The notes below the pieces were generated by a model. That model did no database searches. It was not told where the DNA came from and worked only from the letters and a program-made list of their open reading frames with translations. From Octopus vulgaris (Eukaryota): DNA of 64,000 nucleotides. Position 1 is the first letter of the stretch; each line of letters starts with the position of its first letter. Below are positions 40,721 to 55,075 of this stretch, piece by piece. A program made the translations under genes and the position numbers. Location: the NCBI GenBank assembly GCA_951406725.2, contig OX597830.1, positions 73,284,001 to 73,348,000 on the forward strand. The letters are read 5' to 3'.

Positions 40721-42049
40721 TATATATATATATATATGTGTACACCGAGAAGGATTCAGACGTAGAAGAACTGATAAAAATCAATACAGTGATCGAGCGA
40801 CAGTTTATTGTGAGTTAGTAATTGAAACAGGAGTCGCATAACCGGAGAATATACTGGCTGGACAACAGTGGACAACTGATTGACCACTGGAAACAACTTA
40901 AGACTCCTGTCTCTCTCGCCTTTAGCAATAAACATGTTTAATAAGAAAAGCATTTGCCAAAGTGATGAAGTAACAGAAAAATGGTTTGGAAATAAAAACT
41001 ATCATCCCCACGAGGTGGCTTTTACTTCATTTAATTGGCAGCCTCATCCACAATTAGTTACATTATTTCGTGTATATGTGTCGTGAGATAATTGGTTGGT
41101 TGCCCGGTCGGTCGGTTGGTCGGTTGGTCGGGCAGTTGACCGGTCCGTCGGCTGGTTGATTGGTTCGTTGGTTGGTTGGTTGTTCGGTTGATAGGTTGGT
41201 TCATATGTTTCTATGTGTGCCTTAGAATATTTAGAATTTTGTTCATGTTGTTCGGCTAGTAGTCTTGATCCGCCACCTGATTTAACATCTGTCATCTTCG
41301 GGGCCTTTATCGAAGTCCGCTTTGTTGCAGGCATTCGGGCCAGGTTTTTTTCCCCACCTCATTCACCTTCAACATTCCTCGAAGGCTTTGTCAATAATCA
41401 TAAGCACTACCACCAAACTATAAGACACATAGAAAAAAAACAAAAAAACATTATAACGAAACATTATTCTTTGTTCCAAAGACCCTTGCGGTCAAACTGC
41501 AGATTCGTAACTTTGATTTTCCAATATATTATATCTTCACAGTTCATTGCTCCGTTTCTGGTTGTTTGTGGATAAAATGTGTACAAGATGAGATGATGAA
41601 AAAACTTAATATCACTGGGCCATTTTGCCATAATCTTGTATAAGTAATAACCATCTATATATCATACCACTAACAGGCATGATGCTATGGGTTTTGTCTG
41701 AGAGAAAATCTCTTTCTAGACATGCTGCATTAAAAACAATACAGATCAGAATGGGACGATCATCGTCTCATCACTGACCCACGAGAACGCTTGCGTTTCG
41801 GCCCCCTTGAGCCTTGTCAGTGACGTGTAGTCATCAGTTACATATCTAGACGAAATATATCCCAGAAATAGTGAATACTACATTCACAGACATTACGGAA
41901 AGCAACCAGGCAGGATAAAAACTAGGTGCAGTACAGTAAGAATGACAAGCAACTATAATTAATTAACCAGGAAACGAGTAAGACCAAGATTAAGTAATTA
42001 TTTCTAAAGCAAGTCTTATATCAAGGTGAATATCTATATTTGCCCCAAT

Positions 42050-42190
42050 AAGAGTGGCTGTGTGGTAAGTAGCTTGCTTACGAACCACATGACAAAGAAT
42101 AAGTCCAGGGGTCGATTTGCTCGACTAAAAGCGGTGCTCCAGCACGGCCACAGTCAAATGACTGAAACAAGTAAAAGAGTAAAAGAGTAC
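42050..42190 (+). mobile_element. SINE family A with a large internal deletion
   Basis: The first ~40 nt of the head are fused directly to acaaagaataagtcc...gaaacaagtaaaagag. Confidence 0.8.
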
Positions 42191-42487
42191 ATGTGTTGTT
42201 TGATTTTGGAGTTTTCATTCTCCTAGTAGTTTTGCTGTGTGCCTAGAGAGAACCCTAAATGATTCTTTACCGTCACACATACACACAAATATATACACAT
42301 ATAACAAAACATTATCCACGCACCACCACCACCACCGACAACAGCCGTCACTGAGGAAGAAACAAAATACGATTTTATCTACAAATTAGATCCGCAAACT
42401 TTTGATATTAACACCGACCGTTCCCTTTAGGAAATATAAATACACACTCGCACAATATATAACGCACTATTCCATAACACACACACA

Positions 42488-42525
<38 letters not shown>

Positions 42526-43090
42526 GAAATACATATGCATAGAAATATATCCTTATAATTGAATAACATTTTTAGTTTGTTTTATTGTTTTGTATTATAT
42601 GTAAAATATTTGAAGAATTTAGAATTCAACTCCAAAGAAAAGGGCAAAAAAACCTCTTTACGGTTGAATTGGAAAATAAATTTTTTGTGCTGCTGTTTTT
42701 TTGATTATTATTTTGCATTGTTGACCCAGTAACAAAGTCATTTGTTGTTGTTGTTGTTGATGTTGTTAATATTACTTGCCGTTCGGTTTAAAAAGAGCGA
42801 TATTCGTAAACATCATTATTATAGATATCATGATTATGTGTGTGTAGTTGTATGAATGTGTGTGCGCGCGCGCGTGTGTGTATGTGTGTTTGTATGAATG
42901 CATACGTGTGTAAGAGACTGATAGGGGGGGATCTATAAGTGACAGCCACGCGCACGCGCGTACACACACATACTCATGCATATATATTAAAACAATTTGA
43001 TACGGTTCTATGTGACTTAAAATTTCGCAGGCCCCTATCAGAAGCCCGTCTCTTTCAAACTTTGGATTATGTATGTATGTATGTATGTAT

Positions 43091-43310
43091 GTATGTATGT
43101 ATGCATGTAAAGTTAATCCAAACATGAAAACACAAAGAGAAAACACAACAACGCAAGGACGTGGAACAAGTATAGTATTATTGGACGCTCAGGAAGGAAG
43201 GAAAGAAGGAGGATTTAACGTTTCGAGCGGAGCTCTTCGTCAGAAACATAGGAAAAGGAAAGATCCAGAGAAAGGAAGACGGAGGAAAAAATCGCCAACG
43301 GTACACACGT
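43091..43310 (-). mobile_element. Short element carrying an intact minimal hammerhead motif
   Basis: Flanked by (TATG)n on both sides; a partial copy lies at 53111-53197. Confidence 0.75.
43213..43247 (-). ncRNA. Minimal type I hammerhead ribozyme motif
   Basis: Minus strand guuu-CUGACGA-A-GAGC-ucc-GCUC-GAAAC-GUU-aaau: complete core, 4-bp stem II, self-complementary AACGUU stem III and a short stem I. Confidence 0.6.
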
Positions 43311-43410
43311 ATGTATGTATGTATGTATGTATGTATGTATGTATGTATGTATGTATGTATGCGTGTGTAGGTATGCATGCATATATAAATATATATATAT
43401 TCATATATAC

Positions 43411-43452
<42 letters not shown>

Positions 43453-43713
43453 AAACACTAATAAGAAGAATAGTGTGAGTAACACATTTTATTACATAAT
43501 TCTACACTTGTTTCATCAACACTTTACTAGAAGATTATTGCCGGAATAATATTATATAAACTACGAAATAAACATTGAATTAGTATTATTCCAGTAACAT
43601 TGAGAATTTTCTACACTTTCGGTCCATGTATGAATCGATTTGGTATGCATATATGATGAAGATGATGAGTGCTCAGTTCTATATTTAAGAGATGAAGAAT
43701 TATGTACATTGTT

Positions 43714-43940
43714 TACATTATTTACAATTGACATTTTGAGTTCTCATCCTGTTTGTTGTTAACACAACGTTTCGGTTGATATACCCTCCACCCTTCATCA
43801 GGTGTCTTGGGGAAATTTCGAACCTGGGTTCTCGAAATTTCCCCAAGCCACCTGATGAAGGCTGGAGGGTATATCAGCCGAAACCTTGTGTTAACAACAA
43901 AAAATATGAAGACAAATATCCGTCGAATGTAAATAATGTA
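43714..43940. mobile_element. 227-bp palindrome of a second hammerhead-bearing repeat (inverted PLE pLTR-like)
   Basis: Arms 43714-43821 and 43832-43940 around a 10-nt loop; each arm carries CTGATGAAGG(C/G)TG-gagggtatat-CA(G/A)CCGAAAC. Confidence 0.8.
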
Positions 43941-44105
43941 TGATGAGTGTTGTTTCTTCTTGTCTGATGATACCGGTTTCACGTTTAACCTGATTGTTTT
44001 TATTTGCTTTCGTCTTTACATATACACGGATATGATTTTCACACCACGCATCCTTCAATATAGGATTTTATAAAATACAAAACAGATTAAGGAATGAAAT
44101 AATTA

Positions 44106-44505
44106 GGCGCAGGAGAGGCTGTTTGGTATGTAGCTTGCTTACCAACCACATCGTTTCGGGTTCAATCCCCCTGCGTGGCACCTTTAGTGTCTTCTACTAT
44201 AGCCTGGGGCAGACCAAAGCCTTGTGAGTGGATTTAGTAGACGGAAACTGAAAGAAGCCCGTCGTGTGTGTGTGTATGTATATGTATGTGTGTGTTTGTG
44301 CGTCTGTGTTTGCTCACCACCACCATCGTTTGACAACCGATATTGGTGTGTTTATGTCCCCATAACTTAACGTTTCAGCAAAAAGAGACCGATAGAATAA
44401 GTAACAGGCTTGCAAAGAATAAGTCTTGGGGTCGATTTGTTCGACTAAAGGCGGTGGTGCTCCAGTATGGTCATAGTCAAATGACTGAAAACAAATAAAA
44501 GTATA
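44106..44505 (+). mobile_element. SINE family A, full length, diverged
   Basis: ggcgcaggagaggctgtttgg...ggttcaatccc head; tail aatgactgaaaacaaataaaag. Confidence 0.88.
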
Positions 44506-45744
44506 GCCTTACGCTCAAGCGGTCATTGTAGTAGGTTCCAGTGAAATGTATTTGACAAGTTTGATTGCAGGTTTTATGCCAGAGTATCTTTCTGTCTTCC
44601 CCACAACATTGTTAAGAATAACAGGATTATCCACTATCCCTGGAACATCTATTTAGATAGGACCCTTGCGAGCGTCTTTGCATATGCAAGGATATGATTT
44701 TCACGTCATTGTCAGTACGACATTGGATTGATGTCAGAGTGTCTTTTTCCTAGAATACCTGCTTTCCCTTCGACTTTCTTAAAAATAACAATAACATCCA
44801 CTATCCCTGTTTAATTTATTGGTGTCTTTACGTCCGTTCCGGAGCAGAACGGATCTTGAAGTAACGGTAATTAATGGGTGCTCTATGCTCCCCACAACTC
44901 TAGAACTCTCGAACTAGACACACACCCCCTGATGCTGATTAATGTAGAACCCAGGGCTTACATCCATACATATATATATACATACATACGTAAATACATA
45001 TATTATGTGCTTGTACGAGTGTATCTGTGTTCATGTATTCATATAGTTAGATAGATCGACAAATAAAGAGATAGTTAATCATATATATATATATATATAT
45101 ATGTATATACACATAGATAGGTAGATAGATAGATAGAAATATCTATAGATATATATGATTATAGTAAATAGAGATAAAGATAGCAATATCAATATATATA
45201 TTGATGTCTTTATATATATATATATATATATATTCACGTATGTATGTATGTATTTATTTCCATTTACAATCAGTCTATATATGTAATAATGTGGAATGAG
45301 CGAGTGGGGTTGGGATTTTAAAACCCTTATTCTTCTTGTTTACTTTTTTTTTTTTTTTGGTTTGGTTTCCTTCCAATTCATTGTTACCCATCTCTTCCTC
45401 TTTTTCATTCTTCCATTATTCTCTCACTTTTTAAACCAATTTTTCTGTGACTCCTTTGTAACCTTTGTGAACAAAATAGCAGAATTATAGCTAAAAGTTC
45501 ACAAATAGGAAATGTACCATTTTTTTTCTCGCTTTATCTTTTATTTATTTTGTTATTTACACACATAATTTTTTTTCATTCTTTTCTATTTAGATTTTTT
45601 TTTCATTTAATACAAAATTGAATTATCGATGTTGTCTAGTATTTCTGTTTTTTTTTTTCGTTACTTCTACTTCATTTTTTCATCATTACTATTGTTATTG
45701 TTGTTCGTATTATTTCTCTTCTTCTAACTGTTGCTGTTCTTATT

Positions 45745-46050
45745 TTTGCAGACTGGTATTATTAGTCGTGTTGTTGTGATAGACTTCTATTCTTGTTATT
45801 ATTCTCCTTGTAGTCTCTGCTGTTATTATAGAACCTGTCGGTTTAGTTATTCTTCTTGTCGTTGTAGACTCTGTTCTTGTTGTTATTATCTTTTAGTTAT
45901 TCTTTATGTAGACTCTGTTGTTATTGTTATTCGCGCTGGTGTAGAATCCGTTGTTATTATTCTTGTTATTATTCCAGCTGCTCTAGACTCCGGTGTTGTT
46001 GTTGTTATTTTCTTTCTTGTTGTTGCATAGACTCTGTGGTTGTAAACAGT
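45745..46050. repeat. Degenerate minisatellite anchored on TAGACTC(T)
   Basis: About 9 tagactct-like motifs separated by variable (tt[ga])n-rich stretches. Confidence 0.65.
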
Positions 46051-46900
46051 TTAATACAATTGTTATTGGACAAATATCAGATTTTGACAGATTTGTGATG
46101 TAGTAGAGTATTTTTCTGCTATATTTTTATTTACTACTCTTTCCGCTAGAATTGGATTTTGCATTTACTTTGTTTCCATGCGTTTGGTCGTAGTTCGCAT
46201 TTTTGTTTTTTGTATTTTTCGGTGACGGGGATACTGGGAAGGTTAATTGTTCTAGTGAATACATACATATATGCGTGCTGGTGTATTTTTGTGAGTGTGT
46301 GTGTGATTGGTGCATGTGTGCGTGTGCGGTTTGTTGTTAAATTGCGGGAGACTCACTGCCAACGTTGTCCTCACGTATCATATCGCTTTTTTTTTTTTTG
46401 CACTAATATTGTGGTTATCGTTGTTGTTGTAAGTGTTGCCGTTGGTCCTATTGTTGCTATCCGGCCATAGTTCATCGTTGACTCATAGCATTGCGTTTGT
46501 TGCTGTTATTGATGTTGTTTTTGTTGTTGAGGTTGTTGAGTTGCTTTCAGTTGTTGTTCAGACCTAGGGCAATACTCATCGAGTCGATCTATGATTGAAA
46601 GATTTTCCAACCATGACTAACCTGTTTCTTAATCCTCTGTACAAGGAACCAACGAACATGTCATCTTATGGGTTATTATTCCAAAATGCTAAGGTTTGAT
46701 TTGAAGGAGACATCCCAGCCGTGACCATGCTATATTTTCCCCTATATGCAAGGATTATAAAACCCATTGGGACATTTCCGAGATGTTATGGTGCAATTGG
46801 AATGGGGTCGGTGTGATTTAGTTGCTGCCTTTACCAGGTCGCACAATTACGTTGAAACTCTCACGTTGGTTTCAGAGCCTCTGGTATTGTAGATATTTAA

Positions 46901-47095
46901 GGCGGCGAGTTGGCAGAAACGTTAGCACGCCGGGCGAAATGTTGAGTGGTATTTCGTCTGTCTTTATGTTCTGAGTTCAAATTCCGCCGAGGTCGACTTT
47001 GCTTAAATAAGTACCACTTACACCGACTTAATCCGTTTGTCTGTCCTTGTTTGTTCCCTCTGTGTTTAGCTCCTTGTGGGTAGTAAAGAAATAGG
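46901..47095 (+). mobile_element. SINE family B, internally deleted
   Basis: ggcggcgagttggcagaaacgttagcacgccgggcg...gagttcaaattccgccgaggtcgactttgc; the tail matches the reverse complement of 11484-11545. Confidence 0.85.
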
Positions 47096-48073
47096 TATTT
47101 TGGATGTTTCTATTGTAATGTTGTCGACATAAAACTATATCAATCATTGTGCCATCCCTTCATGATATTTAAAATTGTACAGGTCGATTTAAAAGAGAGA
47201 TCTGCTAGATATAGCAAGTGAAACAACGAAGTGGAGGCTCTCTAGGCGGCTTCAGTGGCGTTGGTATTTTGATTTGTAATTATGTTGATGATATTGGGTA
47301 TCAAAGACTACATTACTCAATGTACGCTACCTTTCTTTAAAATTTGTAGGGTGTCCCGTTAAGAAATTTTGACTGTGGTCTCTAGTTGTTCGAGCTTGTT
47401 CACTCATGGTATTTCATGTTATTTTATATTGTATTTCTTTTATATGCCTTAGGTGCCACGCAGTGGGACTGAACCGAGACCCATGTGATTGGAAGCATGC
47501 CTCTTGTCACACAGCCATGCTATAAAGCATAATATTCCTTATTGGTGACGGAAGTAGAATTAATACTGAATATCATTCTGTATATCTTAACGTAGTTGTG
47601 CTAATAGAATATGACAATGTTGTGATATACGCATTGAGAAAGCATCTCGTATAGAAATATAGTGTTAAAAAATCAGCAGACCAGAAGTGTCGAAAAGCGG
47701 CGTTGGAATTCTTAGATCACATGGTTTCATCGGTAGCAATTAGCCACTACCAACCTCTTCAATAAAAAAATTCGCCTCTCTTGATATATAGAAAAACAGT
47801 GATTAATCAGTATCTGGTGTAGCAAATTGGTTGAGCAATGGCATTAATGGGAAGGACAAGTGAGGGAGAATCCAAACAGATTTTATTGTGAGCAGGTTTC
47901 GTAGCTAAATGTGCCCCACTGGAGTTTTGACTACGTTTCTTCTTTTTGGGAGAACAACGGTCTTCAGGTGGGTTTGAGTCTACGCTCCTCAAATTAGGTT
48001 GGGAAGCCTCCGGGACCGAAAAGTCAGATGAGGAAGAATCCGCACAGGAACGATCATGTGCGGAAACGACCGC

Positions 48074-48265
48074 CGGGTTGCGGATCCGTGGAATAAGCTG
48101 CCAGAAAAGAGGGTGAAGATGCCGACGACCGCTCGGTTCAAAATCTCCCTTGACCTCAAGTGGCCTGAACTCTTTACATCAACACCACCCTATACATAAC
48201 TCCATGTCCCCCTACATGGCCTTGCGTTTTGCTTTTTGAGCCAAAAAATTAACTAACTAACTAAA
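48074..48265 (+). mobile_element. CR1/L2-like LINE extreme 3' end with (CTAA)n tail
   Basis: RVADPWNKLPEKRVKMPTTARFKISLDLKWPELFTSTPPYT* (48074-48199); 3'UTR hairpin ccatgt-cccct-acatgg; ends (aact)n. Confidence 0.8.
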
Positions 48266-49386
48266 TGGCAGGCGGACTGGGTAATATATTCATAATTAGC
48301 TACTGAAGCAGTATAGTACCGAATAACAATATATATATATATCTTACTTAACGTGGGTATACCAAAAGACAGCGGCAATAGTGCTGTATTCGACTTGCAT
48401 AATATAGTATGATATATATATTATAAGATATAATGTATTTGATATAAATAGTATTTATGCAAATAATATAATATAAAACAATATAATGTAATACACACGC
48501 ATACAGAGATTAGGTGTACTTGTATATGTCTCTTGTGTCTGTATGTGTGAGCGGGTGTAACACGTTAGGATTGCTTGATAAAATGGGATTGCTTCATAAA
48601 GCAACTCAAAAATATAGCCGACATTTTGTAATGACGTGATCAATTAACAAAAATGAAAGAGAAAATACCAAATAAAACAAAAGCCATATCTAACGGACAA
48701 CAAGGGAGGAGAAATTCATTATTTCTTGAACAAACATGTCTGCGCCGCCTCAATGATTTTTTTAGTATTCAGTATTTGTTTGACGTATAAAACAATGTTT
48801 GATCGAAATGTTTGCTCCCTCGGGAATGTTTGATGACGTTTCCGCTGTAAATTCTCATTGATTACATCCAGCGCGGGAACACGCTCTGATGTAATTGCTT
48901 CGATGTGTTATGTCCTGACCCTAAAGATGAATGCGTATGAAATATACCGATAATACCAATTCGCTAATGCATTCGTTAATTCTGTCATTCCTTTATCAAG
49001 CCATTCGCTCGTTATATTCTCGAGTCTTTTATAATCACATATAAAAATATACATTCATATTTACATTGAATTAAACACAGACATACAGAGACGTAGAGCG
49101 CGAACACGTTTGCTGATGTGGGTAGATACGTGTTTCTATTTATGCCTCTGAATTTGACATTGTTATTACATTTATTGGTACAGTCAAAACAGAAATTATG
49201 ATCATATATATATGTACACACACACATATATATATCCACATACAAGCACATACATATATGTTTAAACATATATAACGCACACATACATATATATACATAT
49301 ATATACTCATACACGCACACACATTTTAATATATATATATTTACATATATATATATGCATGTATTTACACACACACACACACACAT

Positions 49387-49435
<49 letters not shown>

Positions 49436-49730
49436 CATATATATTCGCACATGCATATGTATACATATGTATTCACACATGCATATGTGTGAATGCATAT
49501 ATACATATATATATACACATATGCATTTGTGTGTGTATGTGTATGTGTGTGTATGTATATGCGTGTGTAAGAATCGTCAGATAGACATGATCGCACACAT
49601 ACATATTTCAGAATTTATGTAGTTACCTGGGTTTCAAGGCTATACATGTTTGTTTAGAACGACCTACATACACACACAAGCGCAACTATAAGAATATACT
49701 CATCCACAATACTCTCAAAATATGTGTGAA

Positions 49731-49763
<33 letters not shown>

Positions 49764-49882
49764 TTCACACAGATACACATATGCATGCATACATATATAT
49801 CACACATGCACACCAACACACACCGACGTCTTAATTAATAAATGAAAAGGATTAATGATTTGGAAGTCGATTTTCAAACGAA

Positions 49883-49946
<64 letters not shown>

Positions 49947-49980
49947 CATACATACATACATACATACATACATACATACA

Positions 49981-50011
<31 letters not shown>

Positions 50012-50360
50012 TACGTAAGGCACATACACACGTGAATTCTCGAATGCACATGCTTGTATACACACACCAAGACACTTCAGATGCGCGCCATTAGTGACTT
50101 GTATTGATTGGAAAATCATCACTTCCGCTATTAGAAATAAATCAACTGGCAATCACTGTGTTCATTATTCACATGATCGATTCATAATGGTTGTTATTTC
50201 ACAGACTAAATTATTACACACTATATAACATGCGTGAATATATGTTTGGTCTGCATTATGTATGTATGTATGTATGTATGTATGTATGAATGCGCATTTG
50301 TATGTGTAACTGTAGGTATGTATACAGCTTGTGCATGTATATGTACGTGTTCGCGTGTAA

Positions 50361-50408
<48 letters not shown>

Positions 50409-50614
50409 ACGTGTATGTGCGTGCCCGTGTATGTATTTATAGTACAGATGTATAAACATATATATATGTGTCTATATGGACATGTGCGTACGTGCGTGTG
50501 TTGTGTTTGTTTAAATGTATTTGTAATATCTAATTATTATATATTCATACATTTTTTACATTTCTCTTTATTGCTCACTTACCTTATGATGATAATAATA
50601 ATAATAATGATAAC

Positions 50615-50668
<54 letters not shown>

Positions 50669-50711
50669 GATAATAATAATAATGATAATGATAATAATGA
50701 TAATAATAATG

Positions 50712-50764
<53 letters not shown>

Positions 50765-51085
50765 TGTTGTTGTTGTTATTATTATTATTGATCATTATTT
50801 TTATCGTTAGTCTTGTTATTGTTATTGTCATTTTTCGTTTTTATATGTTTGGGTGTGGTGTTTTTTTTATTGTTGTGTGGTTTTTCAATTTGCCTTTATC
50901 GATTCTTCATGCGTGGTTGTTTCTTTCCTTTTCTTTCTTTTATTCATTTTTTTTTTGTGTCTTCCGATCATTGATTTTATCTGTAATTTTGTCTGTATGA
51001 TTCTTTCCCCCACTCTCTTTCTCCATCTCCCTCATTCTCTTACATACACCGTGTTCTGTTTCATTCATTCATTCATCGTCAATCC

Positions 51086-51149
<64 letters not shown>

Positions 51150-51448
51150 TACATACTCCACGCTATTTTAGTAATTTTGTTGGTTATTTTCAGTAGCGGT
51201 TGAAGTGGAGCTGGTGGTGATGGTGGTGGTGGTGGTGGTGGTGGTGGTGGTGATAGTGGTGGTGATAATGGTGACGGTGATTGTGGCAGTGGTGGTGGTG
51301 GTGCTGGTGGTAATGCTGGTGCTGTATTTGGGTGTGCATTGGTGCCTGCAATTCCACCGTCTTTTGTTATTTAAACTGTGTACAAAAGCCAGAATGTGTC
51401 GCTCAAATGGCAACATTATCACAATTACACAAGTATGAATGGTAAAGA

Positions 51449-51480
<32 letters not shown>

Positions 51481-51914
51481 CAAGGCGAGAGAGAGGACAA
51501 AATAGTAAGAGAGAGGGAGAAAAAGAAAGGGTGAGAAAACAGGAGACAAAGAGGGAGAGGACATCAGGCAAAGAAAAAGAGAGAGAGTGAGAGAGCAAGG
51601 AGAGGAGGCAAGGTCAGAGTCGTCAAAGGTGGGTGTGTTTTTGTGAGTGTATGTGTGTGCGCGTGCGTGTTGGTTTATGGCTGCCAAGGATGGTCAAATT
51701 TAACTGGGTATGCTTCGTTCCAACGGACGCGATATTTAGTGCTTCTATACTCAAACAGCACTTCATGACTGTTTCACTTCTTTTCTTTCTCTCTGACTGT
51801 CTATCTACCCCTCTCTCTCCCCATCTCTCCTTCTGCCTTATGTGTGTATGTGAGTGTGACTGTCTGTCTGCCTCTGTCTGTCTCTCTTTCTCTCTTTCTC
51901 TCTCTCTCCATATA

Positions 51915-51952
<38 letters not shown>

Positions 51953-52046
51953 GTGTTTGTGTGTGTATGTATGTGTACATATATTCATATAAATAGAGAG
52001 ATGTTTAAATGGATAAATGTATTGTTACATGTTTGTTTGTGTGTGT

Positions 52047-52084
<38 letters not shown>

Positions 52085-52824
52085 GGATGTATGTGTGTGT
52101 ATATGTATGCATATATGTCTGCATTTATATAGGTTTGTGTGTGCCTCTGTATCTGTCTACATATATTCATGAACACCATGTGATTGCTCACATATAGACT
52201 TACCTGTAATTACGCGTGCGGGTGTTAGAGAGAAAGAGAAAGAGAGATAGAGAGAAAGAAACAAAGAAACAAAGAAAGAAAGAATGAAAGAAAAAAGAAA
52301 CAAAGACAGAAATAAAGAGAGAAAGAGAGAAGGTGAGTGTGAGAGAGAGAGAAAGAGAACTAGAATAATACCCTTATTTTGTAATCAGACGAAAATTCTG
52401 CAGAGCTCCTTGAACGGTAGACTCCATGCGCAAAGGCATTTCCAAATTGTTTCCAGACATGTAATTGAGGAGGATCCCGGCAATAAACGGTAGTAAATTA
52501 GATGATTACTCTCGAGATTAGATTCGACAGGGATAGAATTTGAATTCAGAATTTAAAGTTACGAGATAAATATCTTAAAATTTTTCGAATTAGGTAACTC
52601 TTTATAGAATTATGGATTGCCTACATTTACTTCTTGGCCTTTGTCATTTCCATCAGCTTGACAAGGAAGGGAGATATGTGTGGCTTAGAAATACGTAGAT
52701 GTATATTTATATATATATATACTCATAAAAATGCCTATATATTTTTATATACACATACACTCACACACACACACACATACACACATGTACATATATGTGT
52801 ATAACACAAACACATGTAGACAAG

Positions 52825-53039
52825 TATATTCTTTTATTTGTTTCAATCATTTGACTGCGGTCGTGCTTTAGTCGAACAAATCGACCCAGGACTTATTCTT
52901 TGTAAGCCTAGTACTTATTCTATCGGACTCTTTTACCGAACCGCTGTTACAGGGACGTAAAGCACACCAACATCGGTTGTAAAGCGATGGTGGGGGGACA
53001 AACGCAGACACACAAATACATACATACATGCATAAATAC

Positions 53040-53114
<75 letters not shown>

Positions 53115-53198
53115 ATCCAAACATGAAAGCACAAAGAGAAAACACAACAACGCGAGGACGTGGAACAAATATAGTATTATTGGTCGCTCAGGAAGGAA

Positions 53199-53235
<37 letters not shown>

Positions 53236-53385
53236 CGCGCTTCTTTCAATTTCGATCTACCAAATCCACTCACAAGGCTTTGGTCGGCCTGAGGCTATAG
53301 TAGAAGGCACTTGCACTAGGTGTCACGCAGTGGAACTGAACCTGGAACTATGTGGTTAGGAAAGAAACTTCTTACTACACAGCCA
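52825..53385 (-). mobile_element. SINE family A with a hammerhead-family fragment in its internal (TA)n
   Basis: Tail at 52825-53020 and head at 53233-53385; the insert at 53111-53197 matches 43091-43197. Confidence 0.85.
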
Positions 53386-53516
53386 GTGTATTATACATGT
53401 GCATGCCCATATACCATACATATATTTATTGATTTTTCTGTGTAGATATACGTACATATAGATTTACATATACACACACTTACACACACACACAAACATA
53501 CTCATCCACACACACA

Positions 53517-53547
<31 letters not shown>

Positions 53548-54305
53548 GCACGCACGCACACACATGCACATTTTCAAACACACGTTTGTCCGGGATGCAA
53601 CGAAATGGGTGGGAAACCACAAGGTTGATTATCTCACTAAATTAGTTTGCTGATCACCGTAAAGGGTTATTTCGTGGCTAACAAGAACTGGTGTGAAAAA
53701 GAAAAAGAAAGAAAAAAGAAGCATTGAGACAGAAAGAACGAAAGAGGAGAAGGAAGGAAGAAAAAAGAAAGAGAGAAGTCAAATCTCTATATAATGGCTA
53801 ACGTAGAACTCGGTCCAGTATGGCAGAAGTTGTGAAGAATTGGAAACTCATGCGTAAACGTCAGCGTAATCATAGGGATGGAAGCGCTACCTTAAATAAG
53901 CAGAGTATTAGTTAAATCGGCTAATGGCCGAGAAAATTCCAAGTGAATGAAGAAGGATAAAAGTTCTATGAAATATAAAATGTCCAAAGTCTGTACAAGT
54001 CAGCGTTCGCGATTCTGGTGCCAAAATAGAAGTCATTTTTGGTTTTTCAATTTTTCATTATAGATTAAATATAATGATACAATGTAGACTGCGGAAGAAA
54101 TGGTGTCGATGGATTGGGGGGTGGGGGGGTTTGAGTGATGACACGCAGTCGAACGATATGTGTGTGATAGTCTGTGTGTGGGTATGATAGTGTGGTGTAT
54201 GTGTGTTAGTGTGTGCATGTGTGTATCATTGATATTTTTGAATTTATGAATATATTACTTTTATAGGTATGATTGTATATGTATATGTAAATCGATATAT
54301 GTATG

Positions 54306-54354
<49 letters not shown>

Positions 54355-55016
54355 CATAGAGAATTATATATATATATATTTCTATTTATAAATATATATA
54401 CATGTGTATATGTTTATATGTTTATATGTGTGTGTGTGTATAAATAGATATAGATAAAGATATAAATATAATATAGGCATAAGTATATCTATTGAGCGGG
54501 AAGAGCAAGACAGAGAGACAGACAGACAGAGATAGACACAGACACACAGGTTGGCAGATAGGTAGAAAGACAGATAGACATATATATAAATATATAGACA
54601 TATAGACAGACAGACAGATGGATGGACGGACGGATGATAGCTACATACATACAAGCATACTCACATACATACATACATACTCACATTCATACATGCAAGC
54701 ATACATACATACATACATACACACACACATACACACACACGCACACACACACACACACACACACTATCTTGTTTCATTTATCTTTCGTTCTGAGTTCGAA
54801 CTTCGCTATAAGGTTAACCTATTCTCGAGCAGTGACGCCAAAGAGTCACACACTATTAGTTTGCAGTATGCATTTACATGCGTTTCTTTACTTCGTGGTT
54901 TCAAATCCCAAATGTTTGTATTTTAAATTTAATCGAAGGTCATTTATAAAATTCACATCCGTTATATACTGTGGTCTGTTCAATCGAATAATATCCCCCC
55001 AAGAAATCTGGTAAAT

Positions 55017-55075
<59 letters not shown>

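Noticed and set aside
45745-46050. CRISPR-like motif/spacer periodicity
   Set aside because: The anchor is only ~8 nt, spacers are low-complexity and variable in length, there are no cas genes, and the context is eukaryotic.
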